Assembly (NCBI GenBank): GCA_050084515.1
Contig: CM114271.1
Coordinates: forward strand, 8,928,001-8,992,000
DNA: 64,000 nucleotides
DNA from: Blasia pusilla
Taxonomy: Eukaryota
Direction of reading: 5' to 3'
Shown: positions 25,601 to 38,354 of the stretch, in pieces
How positions within the stretch are numbered: position 1 is the stretch's first letter
How the letters are laid out: each line of letters opens with the position of its first letter
Notes under the pieces: generated by a model
The model's database searches: none
What the model saw: only the letters and a program-made list of their open reading frames with translations
What the model was told of the DNA's origin: nothing
Translations under genes and position numbers: made by a program

Positions 25601-27777
25601 TCTGCCAAATCTAGTTCATTTGGCTATCGTAGTCTAGTCATCCTTTGTTTCAATGAAACAACCATCTGCGTTAAACTTCACTTAATAACCATGTTCTACT
25701 ATTTGTCCTACAAAGATGAGGTTTCTTGCAATGATAAGAACATAGAGAGCATTTCCAAGAGCACAAAGACCATATGATGCTATTGGAACTTTACTGATAT
25801 GCGTGATATGATGTTGAGTGTCATCTCGTATGAGCACAATTGCAGGATCTTTCACCGGATCCAAACTATTGAACCATTTAGCTTGTGAGGTCATGTGATT
25901 TGATGCACCTGAGTCAATGTACTAATCTGTTGTTGAGTCTTTCTTGACCATTCCTCCCATATGATGAGTCATGACCAAGAGATGCTCGGTTTGTGAATAT
26001 TGTTGTTCTTGGTATTGCTCTTGGTATTGTTGCTCCACATAGTTTTGTTACTGTAAGGCTCCTTTCCTCATATCTGCCTTCTTCTTGAAGCAAAACTTTG
26101 CATAGTGATCCTTTATCCCGCAGTAATTGCAAGATCCAAGACCCTGTACTGCTGACCTCGATCCCAACGATTTCCACCATTATCACCTTGTGATTGTGTC
26201 TGGTACTGGTTTGGAGTTGATTGAGTGACATTATATTGAGTGTATTTTCTTCCATATACTTGATATCCACCATGACCATGGAAGCTTCTGCCACGATCCC
26301 TGCCTCTGTTTGATCCATAACTTGTAAATGTCGCACTCCCTTGCAGATTAGACGAGATATCGCCGCCTACTACGTGCATATCTTCAGTGATTAAGAGTGG
26401 AACTAACTCTTGAAAGGTTGGATACTTCTCTCTCACAGAGATAGAGGTCTCAAAGGACTTGTAATCCTTTGGAAGGCCTTGAAGAGTGAACAAAATCATA
26501 TCATCATCTTCTACTGTCACTCCAATGCTATTCAACTAATCAACAATATGTATGATACTCAAAATATAATCATTGATGCTCTACAATCCTTTCCTAACTT
26601 TGTTCAATTGCTATTTCAATTGAAGCTTTCAGAACTTTGTAGATGTCTATAACAGCTTTTCCAATGCATCTGAGGCCTTCTTCGAAATATCAACATCTTG
26701 AATGTGACCAATATCATTGGCGAATTGATCGTTATTGAAATGTAGTGGATTACTTGCCTTGTGTGTTTGTTCCAGGCGTGAACATTCAAGTCTATTGAGT
26801 CACCTTCTTGCTTGCCTCATCACCTATGATAAGCTCCCATAGTTCTTGACTCATGAGAAATTATTTCATGCGAAACTTCTAGACATTGTAATTGTGCTTA
26901 TCTAGCTTTTCGCCTGTGATTGCTGTTGAGGAATACTCCATGACAAACGATTTTACTCATAAAAATATAATTTCATGCTCTCTACTTCTCCAATTGAAGC
27001 ACATATCACTCCTACATAGAAATTGACCTGAAATTTGCCAAAATTGATCAATTATATGAAAGAACTAGTCAAAATTAGCCTGTAGAGAGCAAGTTGCATA
27101 ATTTTTCTTCACTAATTGCACTTTCCTACGTTGAAATTGCTACTGCAAGAGCTCAAAATGTCTTAATCAAGCAATTTTGGATAAGTTGGAAAGCTCTCAA
27201 CAAGCTCTATAAGACAGCTAGTATCAAATTTTGGCATCATTATAGCCGCTGCGGACTCAGATGGCTAAATCGACCGGGAAAGCCTTAAAAAACGCCTCCA
27301 AAGTTTTATCACCGTAAAAAATCCACCCTAAATCTTCACCCACTGAGCTCTGAACAAAATTTCCTTATCCCAAACTTAAATTTTTCCTTCTCTTGCCTCT
27401 CTTATCTTCTCAAACATCAAGAATTCCAAGTGAAGTTCTCCTATCACTCTAATACCATGTGGAAAAATTGCTAAAGAAGCATAATTGGTGGGAAACGGCT
27501 CTCACACTCTCACACTCTCACACCACCATGGAGAACGAAATTTGCAATGAGAGAATGAATGGAGGTTTTTCCCCTTCTCAATTATATAGGGTATGTACAA
27601 GCAACCCTAACCCTAACCTTAATCATAGTCTCGAGTTAGACCAACTTTAATTAACCGACCATAGTTAAGAAAATCGCGCTTAACAAACTAACCAAGATTA
27701 AGCTTGCCACTTTGTGTGAGTACCAAATATAGGAGTTTAGGTATCTCATGAGCTTGACTGTAACTCGATCTTCAATA
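22690..27777 (-). mobile_element. Ty1/copia LTR retrotransposon, decayed
   Basis: 5' LTR 27458-27777; PBS TGGTATTAGAG (iMet type) at 27447-27457; gag, DSGASNHM protease, integrase (25037-25363), RT with YVDD (23366-24262), RNase H with SSTEAEY; PPT GAGGGGGAG at 22770-22778; truncated 3' LTR 22690-22769. Confidence 0.92.
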
Positions 27778-27928
27778 ACTCTTATTCTAGATAGCCTACA
27801 AAACAAGTCTAAATGCTATGCATCTTTTTGGTGCTGAGATCAGGAGGTTGGGTGCTATATCGCCCCATCGTTGGTCACCTTCCTGCAATCCATAACATCA
27901 AGAGTCATCTTGTATCTACCTATCATGC

Positions 27929-29190
27929 CTATTTACATATGGGACAAAGCCAATGTCCTTGAGGAACCAAGTCAAGAGGCGGCATCAAACACGACATAAG
28001 CCATCCTCGAGAACACCCATCATAAACTAGCATCGTGGCTGCGCCCTTGGCAGACCCACACAACATGCATCTCAAGCCTGTAGGAACAACTACCAAGCTT
28101 GGATCAATCCTCCCATCTATGTTTGGAAGATGATATGGCGCACAGTTACGCACATGAATTTTCCAAACGGTACCGTCACGACCCTCTAAAACAAGGACTC
28201 CTGAAGGTAGAATCTCTCGTACTCGTAGAATAGTGCATCCCGCCGTCACGTCCAATATCATCGATGCTGTCTGCTGTAGGTAGAGATAATTTCCGGGATG
28301 GAATCGTCGAATCCGTGCATCCTCCACGCGTAGTCGCGTACCTCAAGATATCGCGATGTTGAGCGATATCCAGGTTCTCAAACGCCATAGGCATGACTCT
28401 CCGAAAGAGCTCAACCCACTGAGAACATGCTCGCAGCCAAATGTCTGGATTGTCGAGGTCAAGTACGTCAACCACATCTTGTCAAATTGATGTCGGTAAC
28501 TCTGGCTCTCTCTCATAGAGCAAGAAATACGTTGAAAATGATGCCAAGGATGCATGTCGACTGAAGCGGTAATCCATCGCCAACCACGGCAACTATTGGT
28601 CCCAATCTCCCTAGTGTCCTGTCTGCAATCCATACTTGCGCAATCCTCTCTTCACCGTCTGCACAACTCTCTCTGGCAAACCATCTGCCTCCGGATGATC
28701 TCGAGAAGTCGTACGATGATCTATCAGTGCCTGATCACACAAGGCTTGAAAGTAACCCCTAAACTCAGTACCCTCGTGTGTCAACACCTCTACTAGTGCG
28801 CCAAAATGACTAAGCACTTTATCAAGAAATGCATAAGCCACTCCCTCACTCGATCTATCTGGAAACGCTACCAACTCAATCCACTTGGAGAAGTGCTCCA
28901 CCATGACCAACACGTATCGACTATGGTGTCCCGTCAATGGTAAAGGCCCTACAAAGTCTAAACTCTAGCGATACCCTAATCCCATGATCGATAAAGGATG
29001 CATGTGTGGTGTTGGAGCATTGAACGATGCCCGCACCCTACCACATACAATGCATCTGGCTACAAATTGCTGAACATCGGTCTACATACCATACCATCAA
29101 TACTGAATCTGAATCAAGCTAAATGTACGCTTGACTCCAAAATTCCCTAACTCCTCGTGAGCATGTCTCACAATTCGTGCTCGTTTTGAA
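27929..29190 (-). pseudogene. Integrase with C-terminal PHD finger (DNMT-gypsy copy 1)
   Basis: HAHEELGNFG..CIVC zinc finger; YVLVMVEHFSKWIE..GTEF..HPEADGLPER core; CMLCG..MLVYDGCSRGW..CL.PPL..VPQGHWLCPICK. Confidence 0.88.
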
Positions 29191-29789
29191 TGAGCTGGTG
29201 AGGACGTCAACCTATCCTTGAGCTCCTGCTCATCTCCCCAAAACCACTCCTGGTCCAACCTAGTCAACCAAGTCTCGACTCCTACTCTAGATCAAGGCTC
29301 GCTCCAGGTTGGAATACGTGTAGGGTCATTGGAAGATAGGAGTATCACTATCCAAATCAATCCGAATACCTGGACCCTTCAGCATACCCAAGTCATGCAT
29401 ACTATATGCAAAACAGTCCCTAAATCTCCGCAATAACTGCAACACTCATCTCCTCTATGCTCATGTTAACCTAGGACCAATCATCGGCTCCCAAGTCTCT
29501 CTCTTGACCTCTGGAGAAGAGGAGGGTGGTGATTGCTAACTAGCAACCTCTAGAGCAGCAACATGCGCTCCCAACTCAGGCACCAACTCTCTAGGCACTC
29601 CACTATGTCTTGCATCGGCGAGATGAACTCCCATCTCTCTATGCTCTCGTGACATATCCCATGAAGTCCATGGATACCTCTCCATCACCATCGCGCCCCC
29701 AACCAGTGTCTCACCCGTCCCGGTAGACGTTGCCCTACAAAGTGGACGTAATGTCATCGATGCCTCTCACAACCGTCTGTGCTCAGCCA

Positions 29790-30760
29790 AACCAAGACTG
29801 AACACCCAAGTAAGACAGTTCAGGTCCATGGCCTGACCCAATAGCTATGTGGGGGATGCCTTTGCCATCAGAGGCACCGCCGTTGTACATATAGAGAACC
29901 CCATAGCTCACTCTTGCTCATCAGCGTTGGTTTCCACGAGTGTACTTGCCAGCTCATTCCATATCATGCCTGGTCCTCCCTGACAAAAAGCATGAGATGA
30001 TGGGAAACTCACCAACGTAGGCAATGTTGCCCTTTGTTGGCCCACCCGATTGGCCACTGCCAACGGTGGTACATCATCATGAGTAACAACCTGAGATCGC
30101 CGCCCTATATCCAAGATCGCATCCACTATAAGTACCGATGGTCTCTGGACTCCAAAATAAGCCCATCTTAGTAACTCGGATGGTAAAAGGTCCGTCCACC
30201 ACAATCGTGGACGATGTGCGCGCGATCCAATACTCGCCGCATCCAACATCACCATCGGTCCTATCCACGACCGTACCTGATGTACACTCGCCATCACTTG
30301 GGCTCGAGTGTTACCTAACAATGGGATGTTCTCCAAAATGTAGGCTGGAGAACATTGGTGGGTAGTCTGCAAGTGACGAAGAACTCGCAACATCTCCCAA
30401 AACATGGCCGACCTCGGATCCTACAAACCAAGTCCCTGACCCACTGCAGAATAACCCTGACATGGCCACCATGCCACCGCCAAGGGTTTCCGACCAACCC
30501 TATCCAGATTTGGCGTCCCCAACAATGAAATGTTGGCCGGCAATACATGCTGATATCCCATGATTGCAAACACTGGCAATAATTGAGGATACTGCTGGAC
30601 TAGTCTTGACACATGATGTAAAGAGACTCTACGTGGAGTCTCATCCCTCTCAACATACAAGTACTTCTGTACTCGTACTCCGACCTGCGACATTGCAGCC
30701 AACACTGTACTAATCCCTCAAAAGAGATCTAGTATACATAAACCCTCCTCGGGATACTGC
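29790..30760 (-). pseudogene. C5-cytosine DNA methyltransferase domain within gypsy pol (copy 1)
   Basis: Motif I LDLF*GI, II YVERD, IV WPCQG, VI YILEN, VIII RAHRPRLWW, IX E*AMGF, X LLGQAMD, in canonical order. Confidence 0.9.
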
Positions 30761-31104
30761 CACACCATCAGTATGGTGTCCAAGGGTGTCAATGTCTCCA
30801 CTCCTAGAGCACGTTATAACTCTGTCTCGTCTCGCTCTAGAGCATAGGCTCAACTCCATGCCTGCCTCACAAGCTCATGTGCTATCCTCTGCAAATCGAT
30901 GCTCGTTCCCCACAAAGTTGAAGAAGTGTCGCCAGCAAATGTAGCCACGCTCGTCATCGCATGCCACTCCTCAAGACTATCCTCTACATCAGCGTTCCCC
31001 TCCAGTAAATCTTCAGGCCAACATAATGTGCCACAAGAAGCAGCAATTGTTGTTGTCGACCCGCAAAGTGAACCATCAAGTCTCCCTGCATACTGCACGG
31101 GTAG

Positions 31105-31560
31105 CTAACTCGCTCGTCCCTCACCTGACTGCCAACCTGGTCGATAGGAGGCTGTCTCCTCCCAAAAGTCAATTGTGAACCCTATAGGATACAATACGGT
31201 AGCCCCTACCAAAACATCATAAGACTCAGCCGGTGTCACAACCGCTCTCGTCCACACCATCGTACTATCCGTAGGATGATCGGGCCGAATCCTTATTGCA
31301 ATCTCATCGCGAGTCATGAACTGTGTCGAGGATGTGCCTCCCAGTGAAGTCATAATCTAGAATGGACATGGAATGATCTCACATTTCCGCAATCCCATCG
31401 CTACATATGCCGCCTTCCCCAACATAAGGGGTTGTGCTCTTGAATCAAGTAGCACTCTTTGCGGTCGATACACGACTTCAGATGGACCAATCAACTGGAA
31501 AACTCCATCTCGCTTGTCCAAGACAACAACTCCTGGTGAGACGGTTGCACGCTCTATCGC
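31105..31560 (-). pseudogene. Retropepsin-like aspartic protease (DNMT-gypsy copy 1)
   Basis: VLLDSRAQPLMLG (D-S-G-like active site) and YDVLVGATVLYPIGFTIDF. Confidence 0.7.
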
Positions 31561-31930
31561 TGGTCTAGCTAGCAACTCTGCCATTCTAGCGACTGCTGCA
31601 TGCCAACTCTCTATGGTCCTCATCTTGAGCACATGCTCGAAGGGTACCTCTGCCACATCTCCTGTGTGAGTCTCAACACTAGAAGAACCAAACTTATTGC
31701 TCTCACAGAACGTCGCTGCCAACCAAAAAAAATCAGCTCGTCGATCTCCACATGTCAACAAATCTCTGGCTGTAAATAGTTGCCATCTCTCGTAACGTGC
31801 CAGTACTAGGCGGTGTCGAATGCTGCATAGGCCTGGTAGACGTACTCGCCTCACCTGCTCCTCTAATTGCATGGGCATCTACGACAAAAATACTCCGTAA
31901 AGGCTGTCTAGGGACCATCGATGGGGTCCA

Positions 31931-32242
31931 TGTGGAAAATTGCTAAAGAAGCATAACTGGTGGGAAACGACTCTCACACTCACATACCACCATGGAGAAC
32001 AAATTTTGCAATGAGAGAATGAGTGGAGGCTGGTCCCCTTCTCAATTATATAGGGTATGTATAAGCAACCCTAACCCTAACCTTAACCATAGTCTCAAGT
32101 TACAATAACTGTGATTAACTAACCCTAGTTAAGATAATCGCGCTTAACTGACAAACCAAAATTAAGCTTCCCTACTTCGTGTGAGTACCAAATGTAGCAG
32201 TTCAGGTGTCTCATGAGCTTGACTGTAACTCAATCTTCAATA
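31931..32242 (-). mobile_element. Solo LTR of the copia family
   Basis: Matches 27458-27777 over its length; flanks GTCCA/GTCCT. Confidence 0.88.
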
Positions 32243-32699
32243 GTCCTCTAACAACATTAAAGACTAGGTAAGTCTAGCATGCCTGCCGGCTTCTCCCCTC
32301 TAGGGATCCAACTCCACATCAGATTCTCGTGCCTTAGAAGCTCTCACCACGTCTCTTGTAACCACTGCATCTGCATCCACCTCTGCGGTGTTGCACAAAA
32401 ATCCCATACCTCCAAGATCTCCCGCCATATCCTAGGCCTGAGCACATCATGAAGTTGACGCGCCCCCTACACATGATGTAGATGCCTGTTGGGTTGTCGT
32501 AGCCTGAAGGCGTTGCTTCAACTGAGCAATCTTTGCCAAAGCTGCCTTTGATGCAAGTGCTGCACTAGCTCTAGCAGGTGGTGGAGTCCTGCCCCTACCA
32601 CGTCCTCGACCTCCCTCTAGACACAGCTCGGGGTGGAGCTCGAAACATCTCTCACATGCGTGCCCATATCTCTGGCAATGATCATACTGAGGTAAGGGT

Positions 32700-33892
32700 G
32701 GCCTCCTTTAGGCCACCTCATATACAACTGATGGTGCTGCCTGCACTCCACTCTGCTGTCTATAATCTCGCTGACGATGTGATCCTCCACACGTCCAACA
32801 AGAAATACCTTGGCCGTGCTGCCAAGGGTGTGACTGAACTGGTTGTGGTCCTGGCTCCCGATATCCTGCCGTAGCCCTCGGTCCCATGACTCTATCTCGA
32901 GTAGTGCGCTCCGCCACTAATGGAGACACCATCACTTGTGTCGTCTCCCTTGAAGATGACGTGCATGTCGTCAAAACTCTCTCCTCAAGTATGTTGAGCT
33001 TAATGCGCTCCGCCAACAAAAATATAGACTTGAGAGTAGGTGAACCAACATGTAAGAGAGTTGCATCCCGAACTCACTTCTATAACTCGCAGTCTAGCAT
33101 CGCATACCATAACTGAACCGCTTGCACCTTCGTCACTCCGTGAGTCGCTCTGATCAACTGTCAAAGCCGTGCATAGGCTTCTCGAAGACTCTCTCCCGCT
33201 CTCCGCTGAAACTCATGAATCGACTTCAGCTTGTCGGTCCTCACCCCTTGATAGTTCCTCCCCAACTCTTGGAAGAACAAAACCAATAGGTTGAACGCAT
33301 GTGGTACTCGACTCGTCACACTCATAATACTCGGGTTGACAACTCCTCCATGCGGTTAGTAGGTGCTAGTGCAGCCGCCACATCATACATCGCACGCCCT
33401 ATGAGGGACACATATCCTGGAGACCAAAATAGTCTCCACGCCTCAATCTCCGCCTCATGGAGAATCCAAAACTCGTGATAATCATCCATGGGAGGCCCCT
33501 CCAGATGCTGAAAAAGTCCCTTCCATGCCATAAAATGGTCGAATCTCTGATGGTTCCCTATCCTCTATGCATCGCACCAACTATTGAACTCCTCCATGAA
33601 ATCATCAAACTCGATGATTCCCACCATGCCTGAGAACCGTCAGGATCCCCTTGTGTCCGGACCCATACATATCGCGATCATCCATGTCCCACAACAATGG
33701 TGTGGCGACACTCGCTACACTTAGTGGCCTCTGGGGTAACTCAAAATCCGTTGACGTCACCTTTAGAGTAACTACAACTGGTGGCTGAGGTGGTTCCTCG
33801 AGTGGAAACCCTCGATATCTAGCCCCACTCCGTGTAAATCCTCCGCCACTTCTACCACTACCATGCTCCCCAGTACCATGTGGATGCGTCAT
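32700..33892 (-). pseudogene. gag remnant with CCHC-like knuckle (DNMT-gypsy copy 1)
   Basis: Retrotransposon gag-like stretch near 33150-33300; CWTCGGSHRQRDY. Confidence 0.65.
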
Positions 33893-34484
33893 GGTGAAAC
33901 CTGCAAACTAGTATGACTCACTCCGGAGCCACTAGCTCTGCACTAGAAAATGCCCAAACTATAGACACGCCCCCACTTATCTCACTTGAGATCAAGACTC
34001 GGAAAATAGCCCGCACACTCAGTCACTCCCGACTAGTGTGGTATAAATCCATCCCACCAAGCTCTCTACAATAGTCGTGGTAGTGTCGTGCACTCACCAA
34101 CGCACTAATCCATAATGTATGTCACCCAAAAATCACCCCTCAAACATCTCCATAAGCAGCAAGGTAAGTGAATAAACCCCCCTCTGTGCAACAACTGACC
34201 ATCACTCCCTTGTGGGTATGTTGGTAACACAACATGCAAAAGAACTCTCGAGTTAAGTACACTCTAGAGGAATAGAACTGGGATGGGTGACGTGGAAGTT
34301 ATGCTGAATTGGATCAGCACCACCTTGCCAAGTCCTCGCACTTGCCAACAAGCTGGCTTGTTGGCGCCTCGCGCCTTCAACGCCTTTCATGCCCACTCGC
34401 ACCTTCGACACCTTTCCCGCCTCGAAGCCTTCCTTTGAACGCCGTGCTAAATTTGGTAGTCACGCCGACCTCACTCCCTCCAAA

Positions 34485-35425
34485 GGGGATCAGAACTTGA
34501 GTTTTGATTGCCCTCACTATCCTCTCCATCTCCCTGAAGAGAACCCACAATTGAGGAGCAAAATCAGAACTACAGTTCTCATTGCCTCCTTCCTGTCATC
34601 TCCACCTCCCTGAAGAGAAGGCACACCACAACTCATGAGCAAAATGGGAACTAGAGTTCCCATTGCCTCCTTCCTATCCTCTCCACCTCCCTGCAGAGAA
34701 GCCCCATAAGTGAAGAGCGGAATGGGAACTGAAGTTCCAATTGCCTCCTCACTTCACTTCTCTTCCCTACGCCGCCGCACTATGCCACGCAGTAGTCAGT
34801 TGCAGTTGAGACGCTCCACTATTCTCCAACTGATATAGAATTGGAACTTGAGTTCCCAATCCTCCTTGCTTCCTTGTCACTCCCACCGTGCCAATCTCTA
34901 CTACGCCATTGAGATGACCACCATGCAGTTGAACCACGCCTCGGCTCAACTGTGCTCAAAATGGAACTTGAGTTTCAAATCCCTTTTGTAACTCCTTGTC
35001 ACCCTTGCCACGCCGTGCCGTGCCGCGCCCCTCAAATGACTCGGCCTTTGCTGCTAAATCAGAACTTCAATTATGATTCCTACTTCGCCGCTCTGCTCCG
35101 ATCTGCGGCTTGGGAGGACGCTCTTGAATCAGAACTTAAGTTCTCATGCCTCCCTCAATTCCACTAACTTTGTGGCTAGCAGTCCTAGCTATGCTCTGGT
35201 AACGGATCCAAACTAGTGGCGCTAGATCCTCCATACTAGCTGCATCCCAAACCTTTCTCAACCTCTCACCGAGGGAAAGCTACACCACCTAGCCTCTTCC
35301 TTGCCTGAACCACATTCACCAACAAGGGAAATCGGAACTTCATTTCCAATTGAATGAAGAGCTCTCCTCCTCCTCACTCCTTCTCACTTTCCAAACAAAG
35401 GCTATCAGAACTTAAGTTGTGATGC
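34485..35425. repeat. Dispersed palindromic motif array, core GAACTnnAGTTC (about 10 copies), in the putative 5' leader
   Basis: For example AATGGGAACTAGAGTTCCCATT near 34643; other copies near 34490, 34565, 34724, 34842, 34963, 35060, 35130, 35333, 35406. Confidence 0.75.
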
Positions 35426-36734
35426 CTCACACAGCACCTCCAGTGCTGCTCTCCTAACGTTTCCACATCGATGATCCGCTCATCTGAGGGAATCTATGTG
35501 GCTATGGGGAATCTTTTGGAATCTTCCTCAAATGAGCTCCGTTTCTGGTCCCGTTTTCACTATTGGACTCAAATTTTTGCGATCTTTCCAATGGCGAATT
35601 CAGATCTCATAAAATCTTGCACAATTAAAGACCATTGTGCCCTCCTTACATTCGTTTCTTGCTTGATTTTCCTCCTGCCCAATATTCATCCAATTTGGTC
35701 GAGAATCAACCACACCTCACTCAAAATCAACAACGAAGTGCCCACGGACTTGTTGACTTGCCCACACTCAATCAAGTCATGATTGATGGTGATTTCCTCA
35801 CCAAAATTGTCTTAATAACTCCGTCCCTACAATCTTATCCTCAATTGCTCCACTCTTGAGCAGCTCCACCAGGATTGAGAAGCCTCCCCCTCTTCAAATC
35901 TTGTCAAATCTATCTCATTGCAAAGATTTATCAATTCTGAACATCTCACTTCGATTTCACCAATTCTTCTACCCCATGTTCTCCCGCATAGTCAAGATAC
36001 ACTAGCTTGCAATTCTTGCAAATCCCACAGCACCATAATTGTGCTCTACACCACAAATTGAGTCCGACTTTCTCTTCTATTTAGAACCAACGTGCATCTC
36101 CTTAGGATATAAAGTTGAATACGAATTGTAAACTCTGATGAAATCTACAATCAACCGTGCTTCATCCAAACAACCATACTCATAATTCTGATATGCACTA
36201 GTGTGACAACAAGAGAAAGTATACACGAGGATTCCCAAAATGTGTGATCTCCTTATTGATCACTCCTAGCCCACTCTTCAAGAGAGAATCTATGCTCAAT
36301 ACATGCACGTCGCAATGTATCATAGATTCCAATAAGGGTCTGCAATCCTAAGGAGATGAGCTCCAAATGAGACTCATCCAAGGTATACCCCCCTAGGCAC
36401 CTCCATGGATGACCTGTACACACAAGTCACCTCCCTCCTAGCAGGTCACTACCAACATGTAGTATATCCATATTAGCTCCCTAACAACTACACATATGGT
36501 CCCCTCATGAGACCGACTACCAACTAACCCATGATACTATAGGTCCAAGTGGAGCCATTCATGGTTGGGAAGGTCAACCTCTCCAAGGTTGCCACTCCTC
36601 ATAAAGGGAAGGGTGACCTACACCCGTAGGTCACCTCTTAAGAGCAATTCACATATGACCTCTCAAAATAGGGAAGTACAAGACCCCTCTAAGGCCTCGA
36701 TACTATCTCGCCCTGCGCCTCATCTATCATGACA

Positions 36735-37243
36735 ATCCTTAAATATCTTTCCAAACGATATGAGTAGTAAAGATCTGAAGCGCTTCATGCGAAGTAGGCA
36801 CCTACTGGGATCTTTTAACTGCTTTGATCTACAATTCTCTTAAGTTTTCCTATGATCCCTAAGAATCCGCTGGTCATAACTCTTCCAATTGCTTTGTTCT
36901 TCCTTCTTCGTTCTTCTGCGAAGTACTGCTACTTCGTCTTGGTGCTTCCTACAAGAACGAAGTACTTCACAATCGCGTTCTTTATTTGTGCTTCATTGTC
37001 TTGGTCTTTAGACTTCGTGAATTCATTTCCCTATCCTCCAAGTGAAATCCTTGATGTTCCACCTCTCTACCTTATCCTAGGAGCTTCATAGTCAATTCCA
37101 ATACTCCTCATTCTCCCAATACGCCAAAAATAATATTCAAGACAACCTTTACTTCAAAGAGTCTTCATTCTTGAAGACATGTATACTCAAGTTGAATACA
37201 AAAATCTGTTTATCTTCAAAATTGCAAAATTGTGGGTATCACA
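36735..37243 (-). mobile_element. 5' part of the interrupted TGTGATACC-family LTR
   Basis: Minus strand begins TGTGATACCCACAATTTTG; similar to 38355-38960 and 39780-39920. Confidence 0.7.
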
Positions 37244-38354
37244 ACTCTTCCACATTGAAGAGGTTAATTTCTTCCACAGGGTTTAGCCAAGAAGAAGTCT
37301 CTTCTCCTTCAGAGATCTCCCTAACACTCATTCATTATTCCGCTCGATTTCCAGGAGGACACGTCCTCCATTTTGACACTTTTGGTGGGGCGCTCGGAGG
37401 TTTCCACTTCCACTTCTAGGGCCACAACCCTCTCCTTCCTGGCTCTGGCCAATTCTTCTTTCCTGTAAGCGGCATCTCGCTTCTTTTGCTTTAGCTCATC
37501 CACAATTTGTTTCTTCCCCACCTTCTCCATCTCCGCGAGCACTTTTGTTTGTTGCCTCGCTTCTTGCTTCGCATGCTTCTCAAGAGCAAGCTATGCCATC
37601 AACTCCTGCTTGTGCATTTTGGCTTCCCTCTTGCGCTCCTTGATCTCCTCTCGCCTTACGTCCGTGGCCAAGCGTCGGCCAAAACTAGCGGAGGAAGGAG
37701 TCTCGAAAGGCTTGGGAGAGAATCTCCCACCCTTGTTGGCTTGGGCTTTTTTTCGAGTCATACTCAAAGTGATAGATGTGCAAAAACCAAGAGAAATGTT
37801 GCAAAGATTAGATCGAACGATGGGCGAGAGCATTCGAGTCTTGAATCGTCATCACCTTTCAGAAAAATCACTTCAAACTCAACCATCATCACCTTCCAAA
37901 GGGATGGTCACCAACCGTTTATGGGTGCGGCTGAAGAGGTACACCACCGATTTTCAAAATGACTGTGGAAATAGAGAGGCGGTTTGGGAAAAGTCGCGAA
38001 CTGGGGCCTTCACAAGAGTAAGGGTTGAAAATGAAATGGTAGAATGAAAAAGTGAAATTCGACAATCATACAAAGTCTCTTCCAGAAGTTGTACCCACTC
38101 TTTCAATTACCCTTGAAGACTTACAACTATTTACTCCATCTGATGTCTTAGTCCAGAACGAAGTACTACGGAGTAAATTAGTTGTTAACAAGTCGCGAGA
38201 AAGAATGCGCAATCATACCCCTAACATTATCAACAAACCTTCAGGTGTAGTTTTGCACCTACACTTGAATTTGATAGTTTAGACGATACTTTTATGGAGA
38301 TAGGAGAGACATCATGAAGTGTTCGCCGGGCGCTCACATTTAAGGGAGGGGGTA

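Larger units (their letters stand above)
22458..36734 (-). mobile_element. DNMT- and PHD-bearing Ty3/gypsy element, copy 1 (RT and RNase H deleted; copia element and solo LTR nested inside)
   Basis: Left end TGTCGTGCAAATACACATTGC resembles 50872; right end ...CATGACA; imperfect ~4-bp duplication ATCT/ATCC; gag, PR, DNMT, INT and PHD remnants at 27929-33892. Confidence 0.7.

Noticed and set aside
29790-30760. Host DRM/DNMT3/CMT gene or bacterial contamination
   Set aside because: No introns or host N-terminal domains; the domain lies in line with gypsy pol in two separate copies and within plant sequence
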